This document shows positions 25,381-39,935 of a DNA stretch of 64,000 nucleotides, one piece after another. Every line of letters starts with the position of its first letter. Positions within the stretch are counted from its first letter, which is position 1. The position numbers and the translations under genes are program-made. Location of the stretch: NCBI GenBank assembly GCA_043228905.1, contig JBHGNT010000006.1, positions 14,756,001 to 14,820,000 of the forward strand. The letters are read 5' to 3'. The notes under the pieces are model-generated. The model was not told the origin of the DNA. It ran no database searches and worked only from the letters and a program-made list of their open reading frames with translations. Source of the stretch: Azolla caroliniana. Its lineage: Eukaryota > Plantae > Polypodiophyta.

Positions 25381-26690
25381 TGTAGAAAGGTCTTATGGTG
25401 GATAGCAACATGTATGAGAGAAAGAAGGTTGTAGAAGGAATGATGAGACATGAACAATAGGAAAATTGGTGATGTCATTAACATTGCCAATGTGATTGAT
25501 CGTGCATAATGGGACATTGAATTCACCAAGGAATTTGGTAAATTATTAATATTCACCAAGGATAATCACCATAAAGGCCAAACAACTAAATTATATATAG
25601 CTTTTTGCATAGTTAACTAGTTATGTTGGGGACATAGCTAATTGTTCCCATTCCCATGCTTTCACCCTTCTACCTAGATCTGCCACCTTTCCTTGCAATG
25701 AGCTCTCCTCTCCCTTTTATAGGCCTCGAGAGCACCTCATGCAAATATAAATAATAAATATCTTTCTTACCATGTACCTTTGTTTTTTCACCTCCACGCA
25801 CTCCTTTTCCTCCAACGCTTGGTGTGAGCAAAATCCCAATTTCTATGTCTGTCACTCCAACATATGCTTGCTCTCACGTAGTTCAAATAAGACTCAATCC
25901 CTTGACCTTGTTGTTCTTAGAGTAAGCTCTTGTCTCATGACCTTCTTTCTATACTTCTACCCTATCCTTCAATCCTTGATATATATTTAGGTTGACCCAT
26001 TTCCTAATGTGTGCTTCTTGCATCATGGCATTGGATGTTGAGAATGATGTTTAGGCAATGGCTATAAATTATTTGTTGGATCAATGGTAGGTAGGGATGG
26101 TGCAAGGCTTTTAATGTTTATGGTTTATTTATACTCCTTAATCACAAACCACGCAAGAGTATTGGAATAGAATATAAGATAGAATTTGTATAAAATTAGT
26201 GTATTGAGTACATTGAATTGAACAAATGCACAATGATGCAACAAGAAGTTGCCAAGAATGTCTTTCCAATGGGACACAACATCTCTTTAGGTATCTCTTA
26301 GTTGAGGCACCATGTCTTTTAACATTTATACTTATTTATTTATATTATTGTTCATTTCAACAACACCAACAATGAAGAATATGGTGATGAAAACATGTGT
26401 AAGTTAAAGCCGAAGAAAATACTCTACGAGAAATTAATGGAATTGACATTGTTGCGTCTAATAGTTATCTTGATTTTAAGTATTTTGTAGGGGTGAACTT
26501 ATAAAAAGACAGACACATGCAATGATAGCAACGATTTGGATGGTATAACCGGAACATACTTAAAAGTTCTAGTGGTATTCTTGTGCAAATAAATACATTG
26601 GTCAGTTAGGAAATTCATGATGAGGCTAGCTTTACCGATGGGCATTTAAAGACTGATCAAGTTTCAAAATACAAGATCTATGGATGCTTA

Positions 26691-28892
26691 TCATTGTGAG
26701 GGTAGTAAGGCACATCCCTTCTCATTAAATGATGGTGGCCAACTCCAAAGGGAGGGATCGGAACCCATGACATCGAGTTTATCATTGATGCATTCTAACC
26801 AATGATCGACCTTTCTATGGATGGGATTCACATTGATGTTACTTGCAACGATATATCCAGGATCTAAACCTACATTTAATGGGTCATCATTATGTACATC
26901 TCGAGGTGCGTTAATATATTCTACGTGTTCCCTCTCATCAAATAAATTCTTGGCGGTAGCCAGGTTCCCTTGGCTTAGCAAATGTTGGTGTTCGTGTGAA
27001 ACCCCAGCACAGTGAATAGTTGATCCACCCTTCAAGAAAGGTTGACATTTCTCCTCTACCCCAAAGACAACGGAGCTTAAAGTGCCTTGCAAATCTTCTT
27101 CGACTTTTTTTGGCGGCGGCATGATACCCCAACATTGGGGTGTGTAAACTGAGGAGGTGGTGGTGCCGCATGGATCGCTCCTTCGTCCCACCACCACCAC
27201 GTCCATGTCCATGTCCACATCCACGTCCAAGTCCTCCTCCCACCACACCACATGATTTTCATTCCACCTCTCCCCCACACCCACCATGTCCTCGTCATTA
27301 CTATTACTATTACTATTACTATTACTATTACTATTAATATTACTATTACTATTACTATTATATGCTAGAGCTGGATGATGATGATGATGATGATGATGGT
27401 TCCAGCCCAAACATGAGGATTTCCTCTTTCTTCCAACCTCTCTACTACCTCCTTCTCCTCCTACTACTACGCTCGATCGGGATGTGGATCTCGAGCCTGT
27501 TTGTCCTCCATCAGAATAGGAATGACTAAGCTGCTGGGGATGGAGCTCCTGCTTAGAAACCCTGCTCCTAGGCAATTCACTGCTGCTGCTGCCGCCGCAA
27601 GGGTCAAAACTCCAGATTTTGTCCCCCTCCCAATCTCTCTTTTGAAATACCGGGATATCAGCTTGCCCATGCTCATACTCATGGAAGCCGTCGTCTAGTG
27701 CATCATAAAGATGCTGCTGGATAGCAGTTACAGTGCTGCAGGTGGACAAGGATTGGGAGCCTCCTACGAGGCTCTCCTCTTGGTTCAAGACGGCCAGCCA
27801 TGTGGCGCTCTCCTTGGCATTCATCTTATCTTGCAAGCATTTCGATTGTGTGACGAGCCGTCGTATCTTGGGGATGTCGGGGGAGAGATGCTTGATGACA
27901 GCCGTGAGGACGCCCAGCTTCCACGCCTTCTTCAGATCATGCGGCTTCTTGTAAGGTGGGGGCCCGGGTGCTGCGGCGGTTGGGGGCAGGTCCCGGCGGC
28001 AATGGAGGAGGAAGAGGTGAGGCCACCACTCCTCCTCACCAGTGGGCCACCACGGCGGAGGGATGCCCTTCTCCAGTGGGAACCGGCGCTGCGGGGGCTC
28101 GCAGTGCTGCATGAGGGCGGACAACAAGGAGCCCAGCGTCGTGTCCTGCACCTCCTGAAGAGCCTGGAAGTGGAACGCCCTCCTCCTCCTCCTGCTGCTG
28201 CTGCTGCTCCTGGTAGTAGGGGTAGTAGGGGTATGGATGTGGTTATGGTTATGGTTATGGTTATGGTTATGGTTATGGTTATGGTTATGGTTGGGAGAGA
28301 GATGGTCCTCCTCCTGCTGTTGTTTCTGGTACATGGCGATGGCCTCGGGGCCGTTCCTGTGGAAGCGGACCTTCTCTTTCCACCAGCCTCGGATGTTGTC
28401 CGACGAACCGCTCACCGGCTTCCCGTTCTCCGGGATGATGCCGTACACGAAGGCCTTTGCGTTGCACACTTCCATCATGCGAAGCATGTACTTCAGAATC
28501 TTATCGTGGCATGCTCCTCCCATCTTTTTCCGTCTCATCATCCTCATCGTCTCTTCTTCTTCTTCTTCTCCTCCTCCTCCTCCTTCACCATTCTTCGTCT
28601 TCCTGCTACACTTGCTCCTGCTCTTCTTACACTTCTTCTTTAAATGTTGTTGTTCTAATTTCATGCGTTTTAGCTGCAGCCCATCCCTCCACATCCTCTT
28701 CTCTAACTCTTCCATATCAAACATACCGTCGTCAGCATGACTAAGCACATCTCCATCTCCATCTCCATCGCTGCACAATAAATCCTCTCCCTCCAATCCC
28801 ATCATCATCATTGCCTCCTGCTGCATTCTTTCGTCTAGCCTTAGGAATGGGGGGGTTTCATCCACAGGCAGCAGGAATGTATTAATGTCCAT
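26691..28892 (-). CDS. EIL: ETHYLENE INSENSITIVE 3-like transcription factor, single exon, 733 aa
   Basis: EIN3 domain motifs: [104 protein letters not shown]. Uninterrupted ORF. Confidence 0.93.
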   Translation of the reverse strand: MDINTFLLPVDETPPFLRLDERMQQEAMMMMGLEGEDLLCSDGDGDGDVLSHADDGMFDMEELEKRMWRDGLQLKRMKLEQQHLKKKCKKSRSKCSRKTKNGEGGGGGEEEEEETMRMMRRKKMGGACHDKILKYMLRMMEVCNAKAFVYGIIPENGKPVSGSSDNIRGWWKEKVRFHRNGPEAIAMYQKQQQEEDHLSPNHNHNHNHNHNHNHNHNHIHTPTTPTTRSSSSSRRRRRAFHFQALQEVQDTTLGSLLSALMQHCEPPQRRFPLEKGIPPPWWPTGEEEWWPHLFLLHCRRDLPPTAAAPGPPPYKKPHDLKKAWKLGVLTAVIKHLSPDIPKIRRLVTQSKCLQDKMNAKESATWLAVLNQEESLVGGSQSLSTCSTVTAIQQHLYDALDDGFHEYEHGQADIPVFQKRDWEGDKIWSFDPCGGSSSSELPRSRVSKQELHPQQLSHSYSDGGQTGSRSTSRSSVVVGGEGGSREVGRKRKSSCLGWNHHHHHHHHPALAYNSNSNSNINSNSNSNSNSNSNDEDMVGVGERWNENHVVWWEEDLDVDVDMDMDVVVVGRRSDPCGTTTSSVYTPQCWGIMPPPKKVEEDLQGTLSSVVFGVEEKCQPFLKGGSTIHCAGVSHEHQHLLSQGNLATAKNLFDEREHVEYINAPRDVHNDDPLNVGLDPGYIVASNINVNPIHRKVDHWLECINDKLDVMGSDPSLWSWPPSFNEKGCALLPSQ

Positions 28893-31800
28893 ACTCTTGT
28901 TCTCAAAAAGAAGGATTTATTTCACGCCCCTCCCTCTCCCTCTCCCTCTTTCGTTTGTGTTAATTAAGGTAGTAATAAGAAGTCATACATGATGGTATGC
29001 ATGGAATGGTGCGGTATATATTTATTTATCTATTTATAACATACGTATATGTATACTCTACTAGTTTACTTAAAGACTATGTAATTCATACTAGTAGTCG
29101 TAAAAACAGTAGTAAAGTTGTGGGAAGATAAAGAAAGAAAAAGTAGGGTGGGTAGGGTGGATTAACTTTACCATTATACATATATGTTGTTGCTGTTGTT
29201 GTTGGGCGGGGCACCTCCACATCCACCACCACCTTTTACCTTTCTTTGCCTTTTTGGAGAGTCATGACAACCTACGCTACTTTCATATAACTCTCTTTCA
29301 ATCCACCCATTCGCCACCCTTTTGTGTATCTTCCCCATATTACAACAACACTTGTGTTTGAACTTTGTCGCGCTATTTTCCTGAGGATGCCAACTTTGAA
29401 CATCTCGAGTGGGTTTTTTGTTAGATTAGTTATAAACTATAATAATAATAATCCTTTATGAGTACCTCCTAGACATACATATGTAGGCTTTACTTTTGTT
29501 GCTCCGGAGGAGCTGCCTGCCTACCTTGTAGATGCAAGTGGACCTTGTCCATGTACATTTGTCTCCGGAACATTGTAATTTGTGGCCAAAAATGTTTACG
29601 TGAATAAGCATTCACCTACTACCTATAACTCCCCACATGTAGAAATATTCACCTACTCTATCACCCCAAGTACGGTTGATAGACTTCTACCACTATAGTC
29701 AAAATGATAATGTCAACGTAGAGCCTTTATGTCTTTTTCATTTTTCCCTTTTCATAAATAGATGCATTAAATTGTTGATGGTTTCTAATGTTCTTGACTT
29801 AAATGTGGCACCTTCAAGAACTCAAAGGTCCACACTTTACTTGCAATACAAGGGTTGAATACCTAGGCGAGAGATCGAATACTACAAAGTTTAACCGTAT
29901 GATACACCTAGGGATATCACTTGGCTAACTTCTCCCCTATTTTATTGAATCTTCATATATTAAATCATGATCTCTTGAAATAGTGATAATTTCATAGCTA
30001 GTCACAAAATACTTAAAACCAATGTATACACAAGTTACAATAGTCTTCTTTCTTGGCGTTGCTTGCTATCTAACTTACTAAGAAGAAACAAAAGTATGCT
30101 ACCACTATGAGCTGCCGAGATGTCACAAAGAAATAATCTTGTACAGTAAATGGTTATATAAATTTTTCCTTGACGACATATTTTCATGAGCAACGAAGAC
30201 GTGTTGATGCAATGAAATCATGCACAACTACTAGCTTTAGATGCAAACAAGCTAAATTCACGAGTTTAGTTTATCCAAATACGGCATGTTCATGATGACA
30301 AATATATCCAGTTTTACTTTCCCTAGTATACTTTCAAGGTTGACTGTCAAAACCAAATGAATGTTTGTTGAATCTAGCAACATTATATTTTAGTAGAATA
30401 AGTTCTTAAACATGTGAGATCTAGCCATTAACATATTGATAACAGTTTGAATCTTGTATTCAAGCATTAAAGGAAACTTTGATTTTTAGTTATTCGCTAC
30501 TATAATGACACATCAATACATACTTCAAGTTTTGTCTTTGCCAACAATCTTATGTTTACATTAGAATCATCCACTAATTCAACTTAAGAAATAATATTGA
30601 TGCACCCATGAGCATAGTTCATGTCCATACAACCACTAATCACGAGAGGATGTTAGCAATCATCGTAAAACATGGCAAGAATGCCTTTCGTAACCTTCTG
30701 ATGAATAGTAATGGATGATGTGTGTCTGCCCATTCCCAATAGAAAGGGTCACATGTGTGGCTTCACCTCTAGCTAATCACCCAACCGTGTAGCTGCTATC
30801 GTGTGGATGAAAAAGTGATGTCCATTACCTATTCCATACATTTTCCTTTTGTACAAAAAAATTCATTGGTCTTGTTCTAGCAAGGACATCTTGACTTTTG
30901 GTTAAAAAGGTTATGGAGTTCACGAATCACAACTCTTCCTTTTATTATAACTTATTTAATTTGAATTCTAGCACATGCATGACATCAACTCTTCCTCTAA
31001 AAGTAAAATCTAAGCCGAGAATAATTTCATTTCTTTTTGTTCCTTGCCATTCAATAATATCTATCCATAAAAAGAAACTTTACTACGATTAGTAGTGATG
31101 TTTTGTTGTTGAGACATGGATGCAGTTCTATTTGATAGTCAAAGGCCACGTAAGAGTGATAGGCATCACTTTAAAGATCCCACAAAGGCTGTACAAGATT
31201 GTAATGTAGTTACGCCAACTATATGGTTATTGAAATGACTAAAATGTTAAAATACATGGTAAATTGACCCGATGGTTGTGTATACACATACTTCATAATG
31301 TAAGCAAAATACATACATCTAGAAGAACACATGCACTTCGAACTTGAGATTTTTATGCAAAAGTGCATGAAAGAGAGATGTCGATAGATAGATGGATAGA
31401 GTTTATTATCATCGTTAGAGATAAACAATATATGATCTTGCAACCAAGGTGAGGAAAAGAAGGTTAAGTAATGAACTTGTGTTATAAGATGTATGTGTAA
31501 AGATTATTTCCGCTATTGATAATTTTGTGAAAGTTTTGAAAACATCAATGGTAAGAATTAATAGTTGTCTAATTGAGTTTGGAAACTTACCGTATATGAA
31601 TAAGGAAATTGAAACCAAACTCATAAATCTGAGGTTGCTATTTTTAAAGTAGAATATGTGGCCAACAAAATAAAGAATCAGGGCAACAACCAACATGGTA
31701 CGTTCCGTGCAATTTCTTCCTTTTCCTCGAACATATATCACACGCTCTCAATTGTCCATGACCAAGTTAACCCCAATTTACATTGCATAGTACATATGTT

Positions 31801-33129
31801 GAAATTCGATCTTCGTTATTTCAATCAATGTGCCCATTTGAACCTTCAATGGATTTGCTCATCTATTTTGAGCAATCAAAGATATGTGTGACCATGTCAA
31901 CATGAAATTAATAATAAAACTTAATTAAGAATGGGAACAATTAACATGAGATGAAAAACCACGAAAGAAAGTTAATGTAAGAGTTCAATGTGTCCCACAA
32001 TGGTGCTTTAAACAATCAAAACGAAATTCTAAGAGTTGAGTATTTTTCTCAAAAACAATAATTTTGTCAATCTAAGAGCTATCGTGGTTAGCCTTATGCA
32101 GCCATTTAGAGATTTGTTGTCTCCCTCATGAACAAGATTCATGGATTGGACACACATACATACTATGCTCATATGATGCACATGCAAACACACACACACA
32201 TCAATAATAATATAACACGCATAGCTGATTAAAATCCTTTAGCCACAAAGCTATCATGTCCTTGAAATTTTTCCCTTTTTCAAAATCTCCCTTTCGTCTA
32301 TGTGAATTTGTGGTGTGTTTTACTATAAGTTTGTAGGGTTGAGAATTCTTTTTGGGCTCACGTTGAAACAAAGGGAGGCACAACTCTTTGTGCTTTAAGA
32401 ATATACTATTCCTTTTTGACTATTTTTCATCCCGACTCTCTTTTCATTTAATTTCCTAAGTCCACATTTCAATAATGACACTATATCTACCGTCCAAAAG
32501 TTTCAACACTTTTAATGGATATGAATGAACAAAGTCATCATAACTTATGCAACGTAGGCAATCCAATATCAATTCTTTGGTCTAGATCTAGGGTTGGGCA
32601 TTGATTGTCACACTTGCCATTCATACACACACACACACAATATGCATATTGATGGTTTCAATTTCAGATGCTCTACATTTCCACATTCTTATATTAGAAG
32701 CGTTTGTCACTTGAAAAGATGATGGAGATAAAAGTTCAACAAAAATGAAGCATCGCATGAAAATATATACGGTGGAATCAGCTAATGAAAAGCTAAGGTT
32801 TTTCTTTTCTTTTTCAAATATCTAAAGAAGTTAAACTATTCGAAATTTGAATGAAAACTATATTTTGTTTACCTTAGTGGTATTATATTGAATTTTTATT
32901 GGAATATGTCCTTTCTTTTTAGGCTCAACAAAACCATACAATAAACATTTGGTTAAGTTCATGCCCACTTAAGTCTAACATTCTATTAAGTGCATTTTTT
33001 ATGGAGACCAAAATTTAAATTTAAAAAATTACACTGTTTCATGATGAAATTACATCAAACCAAATTGAAACTATGTTCCATTAAAAAACAACGATATCAT
33101 CAACAAAAATCACATTTCTATCTCTTTGT

Positions 33130-34186
33130 CTATTTCATACCAAAATCATGTAAGATCATTTGCCTACTTTGAGCTACAAGCACCCAATAATTTGTTTCTT
33201 GAATAATTCTAAAAGCACCCAATAAAACTGATTTTAGTTGCTTTATTTTTCCTGATCTCAAATAAGCTATTGTCATGATCAAATTGAGCACAACTTCACT
33301 ATCAACAATATGTTGCAATAGTTCACGAATACTTTTATATTCTTCCCCTGAACATCCATGTATATTTTGCCTCTCAATAAGCTTAGAATCTGAATTGTTT
33401 TTATCATATGCAAGTGGTTCATTGGTGTTGGAAGCTTGTGTTATAACTTCATCGATCTCTTCAAGGAGATTTTGATTAAGTTTTCTTGATTTGTTTGCAT
33501 CTACATTGACATATTCCATGATTTCATCTCAAATATTTTCTGCATTGTGTGCATTTTCCAGCAAATTACAGAGTTACATAACAAAGCAACAAAATCATCA
33601 ATGCATTGATCTTCCATTGTAACGACTTGAACATCACAATAAGAAATGATGGAATAATATCCACCTTTTTATAACAATTAAAAAGTTTCTCTTGCTTGAT
33701 CTTATTCGAAACAATAACAATGATATTGGTAGCATCTAACAAATGTGTGAACTTTCCAAAAGCTAAACCAATAGAAGGTCTTTTCATACGTTTAGCGGCA
33801 TCCTCCAAACATATCTTCATATGTTCCAGATTACCATGATATAACACAATTTCTCTCGTCAAATGATACTTGTGCTTGTTTTTCAAAGCTGCAATGGTTC
33901 TCATATCTATTGGTGGGTTCCAAGATGTGACATTTGTAGGGAAAAAAATCACTTTGATAACACCGCACTCAAATACTTTCGATATGACCAGAAGCATTAT
34001 CGAGGATTAGAAGCACTCTATGATTAATTGGAGAACAAACAAAGGGTACAAACACTTGATCGAAGCACTTATTAAAGCTAGGTATATCAATTTAAGCATT
34101 TGTTTTTGCAAAATAAGTTAATCATGGATAGACACTTGCAACAATAGATGCAAGTTTCTTAGCCTTTCAACCAATCTTTTTAATAG
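33130..34186 (-). mobile_element. pogo/Tigger-like (DDE_1) DNA transposase remnant
   Basis: IKVIFFPTNVTSWNPPIDMRTIAALKNKH and LLDATNII...LFNCYKKVDI match the pogo FLPPNxTSxxQPxD and IxNCW motifs. Frameshifted. Confidence 0.7.
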
Positions 34187-36540
34187 TGTGAACGTGTGGA
34201 AGCGTAAGACAGAACCGGCTCAGCCGGATAGCAACAGAGAATAAGATGAAGGTTTAATGGAGAAGCTTAATACATAGAGAGTATACACGAGAGAGACAGA
34301 GAGAGCAGAACGTAAACGTTGATTCAAAATAATAAAAACACTCTGTACATACAATGTGCTATAACAACACTATTTATACAACGTCCATAAAGTACTAACA
34401 GGTACTTCAATGCTCATACAAGCGACTGACACTAACTACGAGACAATGATTACCTAGTAGTCTAGGCTACTACTAGGCTTCCGGTTCCCACTCGAATCCG
34501 GTTGTCTGATCCGTCTCCCTGATCCGACCGGTTGTTTCCGGATACCGATCCGGCTCAAGCTTATTCAGCTGATCCAGATCCAGTTGAGCTTGGTCGTTCA
34601 ACACTCCCCCTCAAGCTCAACTTGAGGTTGGATCGTGGTGTTAGTGTCTGTGGCAACTGGTTCTTCTACCCGACTCCTTCTAGCGTTGCTCCGGCTTGCT
34701 CGCGCTCCTCATCCGGTCCGGTCATGTTTGCCGCGACCCTTCTGGTTCTCCGCACCTCGACCTCCTCGGTCGGCTTGTCTACTCAACCGGCCCATTTAAG
34801 CTCCCTCACTACTACGACTTCGGCGCTTGTCGACCCGTCCGTTCCTTCGTGTTGGCGTCGACTTCCGTTGCGTCCGTGTCTGCTTGGCCTTTAGTTGATG
34901 CGGCTCCTCCAAATCCAACGGTTGAAGCGAATCGATTGTCTCCGATTCATTCCCGCTCTTGTCCGAGTCGGTGTTCTCCAACTCGTCTTCCGGTTTTAGG
35001 CCCTTCACCACATCAGACCATGTCTGGGTCTTCGCCTTCTCCTTCCGGTCAGCTCTGTCCTTCTTGACTCTGCTACCATTGACGCGTGCTCTAACTTGTT
35101 CGGATGTGCCGACTCCTTTCGTCGACTTGGGTCCCTTTTTCTGCTCATCTCCCCCCTTGGTTCTTTCTTCCTCTCTGGCTCCTTGTCCGGTGCCATCACC
35201 AGTGCCTTTGCCCGTTCCTGTTCTCCCCCTCAAGTGCGGCACGTCGAGATGTTGTACACCAAGCATTTCAGTGAAGTGCTGCAACTTGTCCGATCCGAGC
35301 GGTTTGGTGAAGATGCCGGCAACTTTCCAATCCTTCTAAACATAACGAAGATTGACTTCACCGCTCAAAACCCGCTCACGCACAAAGTGATAGTGGACTT
35401 CTATGTGCTTCGTCCGAGCATGGAAGACGGGGTTCTTGGCAAGCTAAATGCTGGTCATGTTGTCACAATAGATCAGGATCGGGGTCAGTACCTCAATCCA
35501 TAGGTCTTGCAACAGTCATCGAAGCCAGATGGCTTTACAGGTGGCAATGGTAACGCCTAGTATTCAACCTCAGTGCTCGACAAAGCCACTGTTGGCTGCT
35601 TTTTGCTGCTCCACGCAACAACCGCGCTACCAAGAGAAAACATGTAACCATAGGTGGATCGGCGATCCAATGCATCACCAACCCCAATCGACATCGGTAT
35701 ATCCGACTAGCTTCCCAGCTATACCGTGTCGGTATAACAGTCCCCAGTCCTTCGTGCCACTAACATACTGGAGTATCCGGTGTGCACACTGAAGGTGCTT
35801 GACGATTGGCTTTTGCATGAACTGGCTGATCACTCCGACTAGATAACTGATGTCGGGTCAAGTGATTGTCAAGTAGATAAGGCTTCCGACAATGTGTCGG
35901 AATCGTTTCTCATTGCAAGCCGGTTTGAAGTCGGGACGTAACTTCAGGTTCTAGTCCAGGGGTGTGGAGATCGGTCGACATTCCATCATGCCAAACTTGT
36001 ACAACATATTCAACACATAATGGCCTTGTGAGAGCAATATGCCATCGGGGGTTCGGATCACCTTGATCCCAAGGAAATAATGAAGGTTCCCCAGGTCCTT
36101 CATTTCAAATGCGTCTGACAGCTGGGCCTTGACATAGCCGATTTCATTGAGTCCGGGTTCGGTGATGACTAAATCATCTACATAAAGTAAGATGCAAATC
36201 GAACCGTCCAGACCATTCCGGATGAACGATGAAGAGTCGGACTTTGAGGCCGCAAATCCCATCTTGCGCAATTGGTGCGTGATCTTCGCATTCCAAGCTC
36301 GGGGAGCTTGTTTCAGACCGTAAAGCGACTTCTTAAGCCGGCACACCGCCGACTTGTTCATCTCCGACTGAAAACCGGGAGGTTGGATCATATAGACCCG
36401 TTCTTCAAGGTCACCTTGAAGAAATGCATTCTTCACGTCCATCTGGTGAAGATGCCACCCCCTTGCCGCAACAACCGTCAGTACCACACGAACTGTCGTC
36501 ATCTTCGCTACTAGAGCGAAGGTCTCGTCGTAGTCGATTC
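34187..36540 (-). mobile_element. Ty1/copia 3' portion: RT, RNase H, pol extension, PPT, 3' LTR (34187-34603)
   Basis: ORF 35951-36553 has IDYDETFA, QMDVKNAFL, SLYGLKQAPRAW and YVDD. LTR 34187-34603 has TGTTGAACG/CGTTCACA termini. Minus-strand PPT GCTTGAGGGGGAG at 34604-34616. Confidence 0.9.
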
Positions 36541-38577
36541 GGTGGGTCCGCAATCACTTGTCCAACACACTCGTACCTACAGAACACTTCTTCCAAGAGA
36601 AATTGGCATATTGCGAAACATATTTTCCTCCGTAGTGCCCCATCCTTCTACTTGGTTTGTTAGATCTTCCCGGGCTAACACCAAGTACTTGTTTTGTCTG
36701 ATCTTGGTTGGCATGGCCACAATGTCGACCATCCATTTGAAGTTGATTGTCAGTGAGAATGTCGGATGTAATTCATCTCGGTGTCGAACTCCAGAGTAGA
36801 GTTGACATTTCTCATAGCTTCCCGTGAACTCCGCTACATCTTTGTATATATTCTTCCACCAATATTTTTGTTTGATCTTCGCAAATGTTGCCCATGTTCC
36901 CCAATGTCCAGCCCAATCGGATTCATGAAATTCGAACATTATCCGGTTTTGTTGCTCTTTTGTTCTGACTACCCTTAGTGGTATACCATTCGGTCTTTTC
37001 AGCTCCCTCCAGATTAATCCATTGTTCAAGAAAAACTTTTGGATTTGCCGCTTCTTACTTCGGATCTCGGCTCTCTTTTCTTTATTGTCCGATGATTCCT
37101 CGATTTCTTGTAGCACTTTCCCGATCATCAAACTTTCTCCCTCATATTCTTCTTCCCGGAATTCTTGGATTACGTTCACCCAACATATGTGCTCCGAATT
37201 AAAGTAGTTTTCGGAAATTTCTTCATTATCAGATTCGGTTATGTCATCTCTGAACCGTGCCCTTGATAGCATATCCGCTATCGCGTTGTCTTTTCCGGAG
37301 ATGTGTCGTATCTCTAGATTAAGCGACTTTACATATGCAATCCATCTTAGCATAGCCACATCCGGTATCGTGCAACACCGCATCATCCCGAGTATCGGAA
37401 GACAATCCGTTTCGATCACCACTTCGGCTCTAATCAAGTAATCTCGATCTGATTTTATCGCTAACATGACTCCCCATAATTCTCTTTTAACTTGTGCATA
37501 CCCGCGTTGCCTTTCGTTGAGAACCTTTGCTCCGGATCGGATCGGATATCGTGAACCATCTGAATCGGCTTGATTGATGACACATCCGATCCCGGTTGGA
37601 CTTGTATCAACCGTTACTATAATCGGTCTATCATAGTTCGGCTTCTTAAGTGCTTCTGCCCTCTGTAGTGATTTCTTGAGCTTCTTCACGGCTTTGGTAT
37701 GTTCCGGTTTCCATTCGAACTTCTTCCCCTTCTGCAACAAGTGATAGAGTGGGTTCGCAATGTGTGCATAGTGTGGAATCCATATGTGATAGAATGCACA
37801 TGCCCCAAGAAATCTACGGACTTCGGATTGTGAGTCGCATATTTATTTCATAGCTTGAATCACATCGATCTTGACTGGCGACGGTCTTCGGCCGTAGGGC
37901 CCACATAGATGTCCGACTACCAATATTTCTTCTTGTCCGAATGTCGACTTCTCTCAGGAGAGCATTAGGTGCACATCTTCTAGTTTCCGTAACACTTTCT
38001 CACAATCGCGAATATGGTTGACTACGAACTTTCAGCATCCCCGATCATCCATAGTCTCATATTTTTCTTCCACCACACATCCTTTTATCGGAATGTCATC
38101 TAGGAACGACATCGTTATCTCCGGAATGCAGTCCCAGAGCACCTTGTTCATCACATTCATCATATGTGCGACCGAGTTCGTTGCGCCTTGTGGTAGCATG
38201 CACATCTGGACTAATCCTATCGGTGTTCGCATGGTAGTGATGTCTTGGCTCTCCACGGCTAGTTGGAATTGTTCATACCTAGAGTATAGGTCTCCGATTG
38301 AGTATACTGTGCGACCAGCAAACGCTTCTGCAAATTCGTCCACTATTGGACCGACTCTGGAGTTTCGGATCGTGACCTTGTTCACCGGTTGCAAATCTTG
38401 AATAAATCGGAGTGACCCATTCTTCTTCGGAACCGTAAACCATTTATTTGAGTATGGAGCGTTGGATGGCTCTAGAATCCCCATCGCCACCTTCTCCTTG
38501 AGCAAGTCAATGATTTTCGGAATATGCACTCGTGGCACCGGAATCGGCTTTAGGTTCCATGGCACATGATCAATCAT
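36541..38577 (-). mobile_element. gypsy RT-RNase H-integrase fragment of the same family as 11421-23751
   Basis: ORFs 38032-38577 and 36577-37740 closely match ORFs 19725-21653 and 21684-23024 (IDHVPWNLKPIPVPR, LPQGATNSVAH, FHESDWAGH). No LTR at either end. Confidence 0.92.
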
Positions 38578-39921
38578 TTAGCTCGTTCACTTAAATATAC
38601 ACTATGGAAGAAAGACACAAACCTTGGTATGAGTTGGGTATCATGGAACAATATTTGTACCCCAAAACGGGTAGGGGGTGCTGCTTTACTAAATTTAGAA
38701 GATCATATGGTGGCTCGAAGATTCAATCTTCTGAAAGGTATGTGCATAGGTACCCAACCTTGGGCAGAAATAATTACTTATTTTGTGGAAAAGGTTGGTG
38801 TTTACCATGGGAAAACGAGAATTACAGCTTTGTGGTGGCATGTTGTTAATAGTACCCAGTACTTTAAGTGTTCAGAATCTAGTATGGTTCAACAATTGGT
38901 GCTTTCTTGGGAATGGTGTTTGAAGTTGTTTAATTGGAGGCCTCCTAAGTGCAGAAAAGATATAAATTCATTGGCAACAGAGGTGTTAGCAGTTTCAAGG
39001 CTATTACACTGGGAGGGAAAAGAAAGTCTAAATTCACAGTTCAATCGAATGGCAAGGCTAGGTTTGATAACTGTAGAAGATGGTATTTTAGAGTCACGTA
39101 GGAAAATGATGGCCTTTCGGACAATTAGAAATAAGTTTCATATACCACATGGATATGGGTATATTTGGCAATCAATATTGGCATTGCCTACATTAGTTTT
39201 CCCAATTCCAGAGTTGGTGGTCGAGGAACCATGGAAAGATTGGCCATTTGGTAATGGGAAATCGATTTATGTGGTGCACACTAATGATGTGTACCATAAG
39301 TTGGTTGAAGATAGAGCTTGGTTAGAAAATAAGGTGTTGGATACATGGAACATTACTAGAAATGTAAAGTGGTGGCGTAGAGTTTTAGATGTAGGGTGGC
39401 AGTCTCATCTTCCATTCCGTGCAAAGGTATTTCTTTGGCGTGCCATAGTTGGTGGGTTGCCTTTGGTGATGGCCTTAAAACGAAGACATATTTCGAATGG
39501 GACATGTTTTTTCTATACGGTGTTTGAAGAAGATGCCAGACATAGGTTCATTACATGTTCGGTTGCTAAGGCCATTTGGGTGATTATGTCAAAATTTTGG
39601 GCATCGATAACAGGGAATATTTTGTCACCTTATAAATGGGTTTTTATGGATGAGGATAAAGTTATGCCCAAATCATCGTATAAGGTGGTTTTTTATTACC
39701 TTAGATATTGGGGGATGTGGTGTAATTGGACCATGAGAAATGAGTTCTTGTTTGATGGACTTCATGGGATAACACAACAAATCTGTAGGATGAAATGGAA
39801 ATTGATTTGGCAATTTTCACAACTATGTTGTATGGGGATCTTGTCCCAAGAGGAGATAGACTTATGTCATCTAGTTTTACAACACTTGAGAGGGTTTCCC
39901 TTGCACAATCACTATTTATGA
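38578..39921 (+). mobile_element. L1-type LINE ORF2 C-terminal part (zf-RVT region)
   Basis: VSWNNICTPKRVGGAAL and FRAKVFLWR...CFFYTVFEEDARHRFITCSVAKAIW in the 451-aa ORF. Confidence 0.8.
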
Positions 39922-39935
39922 AGTAGTGAAGATAG

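Noticed and set aside
25660-25990. Minus-strand LTR fragment (CCTATAAAAGGGAGAGG)
   Set aside because: Only a TATA-like motif; no termini, PBS, PPT or TSD found.
27711-28643. 310-aa alternative-frame ORF and antisense ORFs overlapping EIL
   Set aside because: Explained by GC-rich codons and microsatellites in the EIL CDS; no recognisable domain.
30100-30900. Possible hAT transposase relic on the minus strand (LVNLACLHLKLVVVHDFI...)
   Set aside because: Too degenerate to assign by eye; needs an HMM search.
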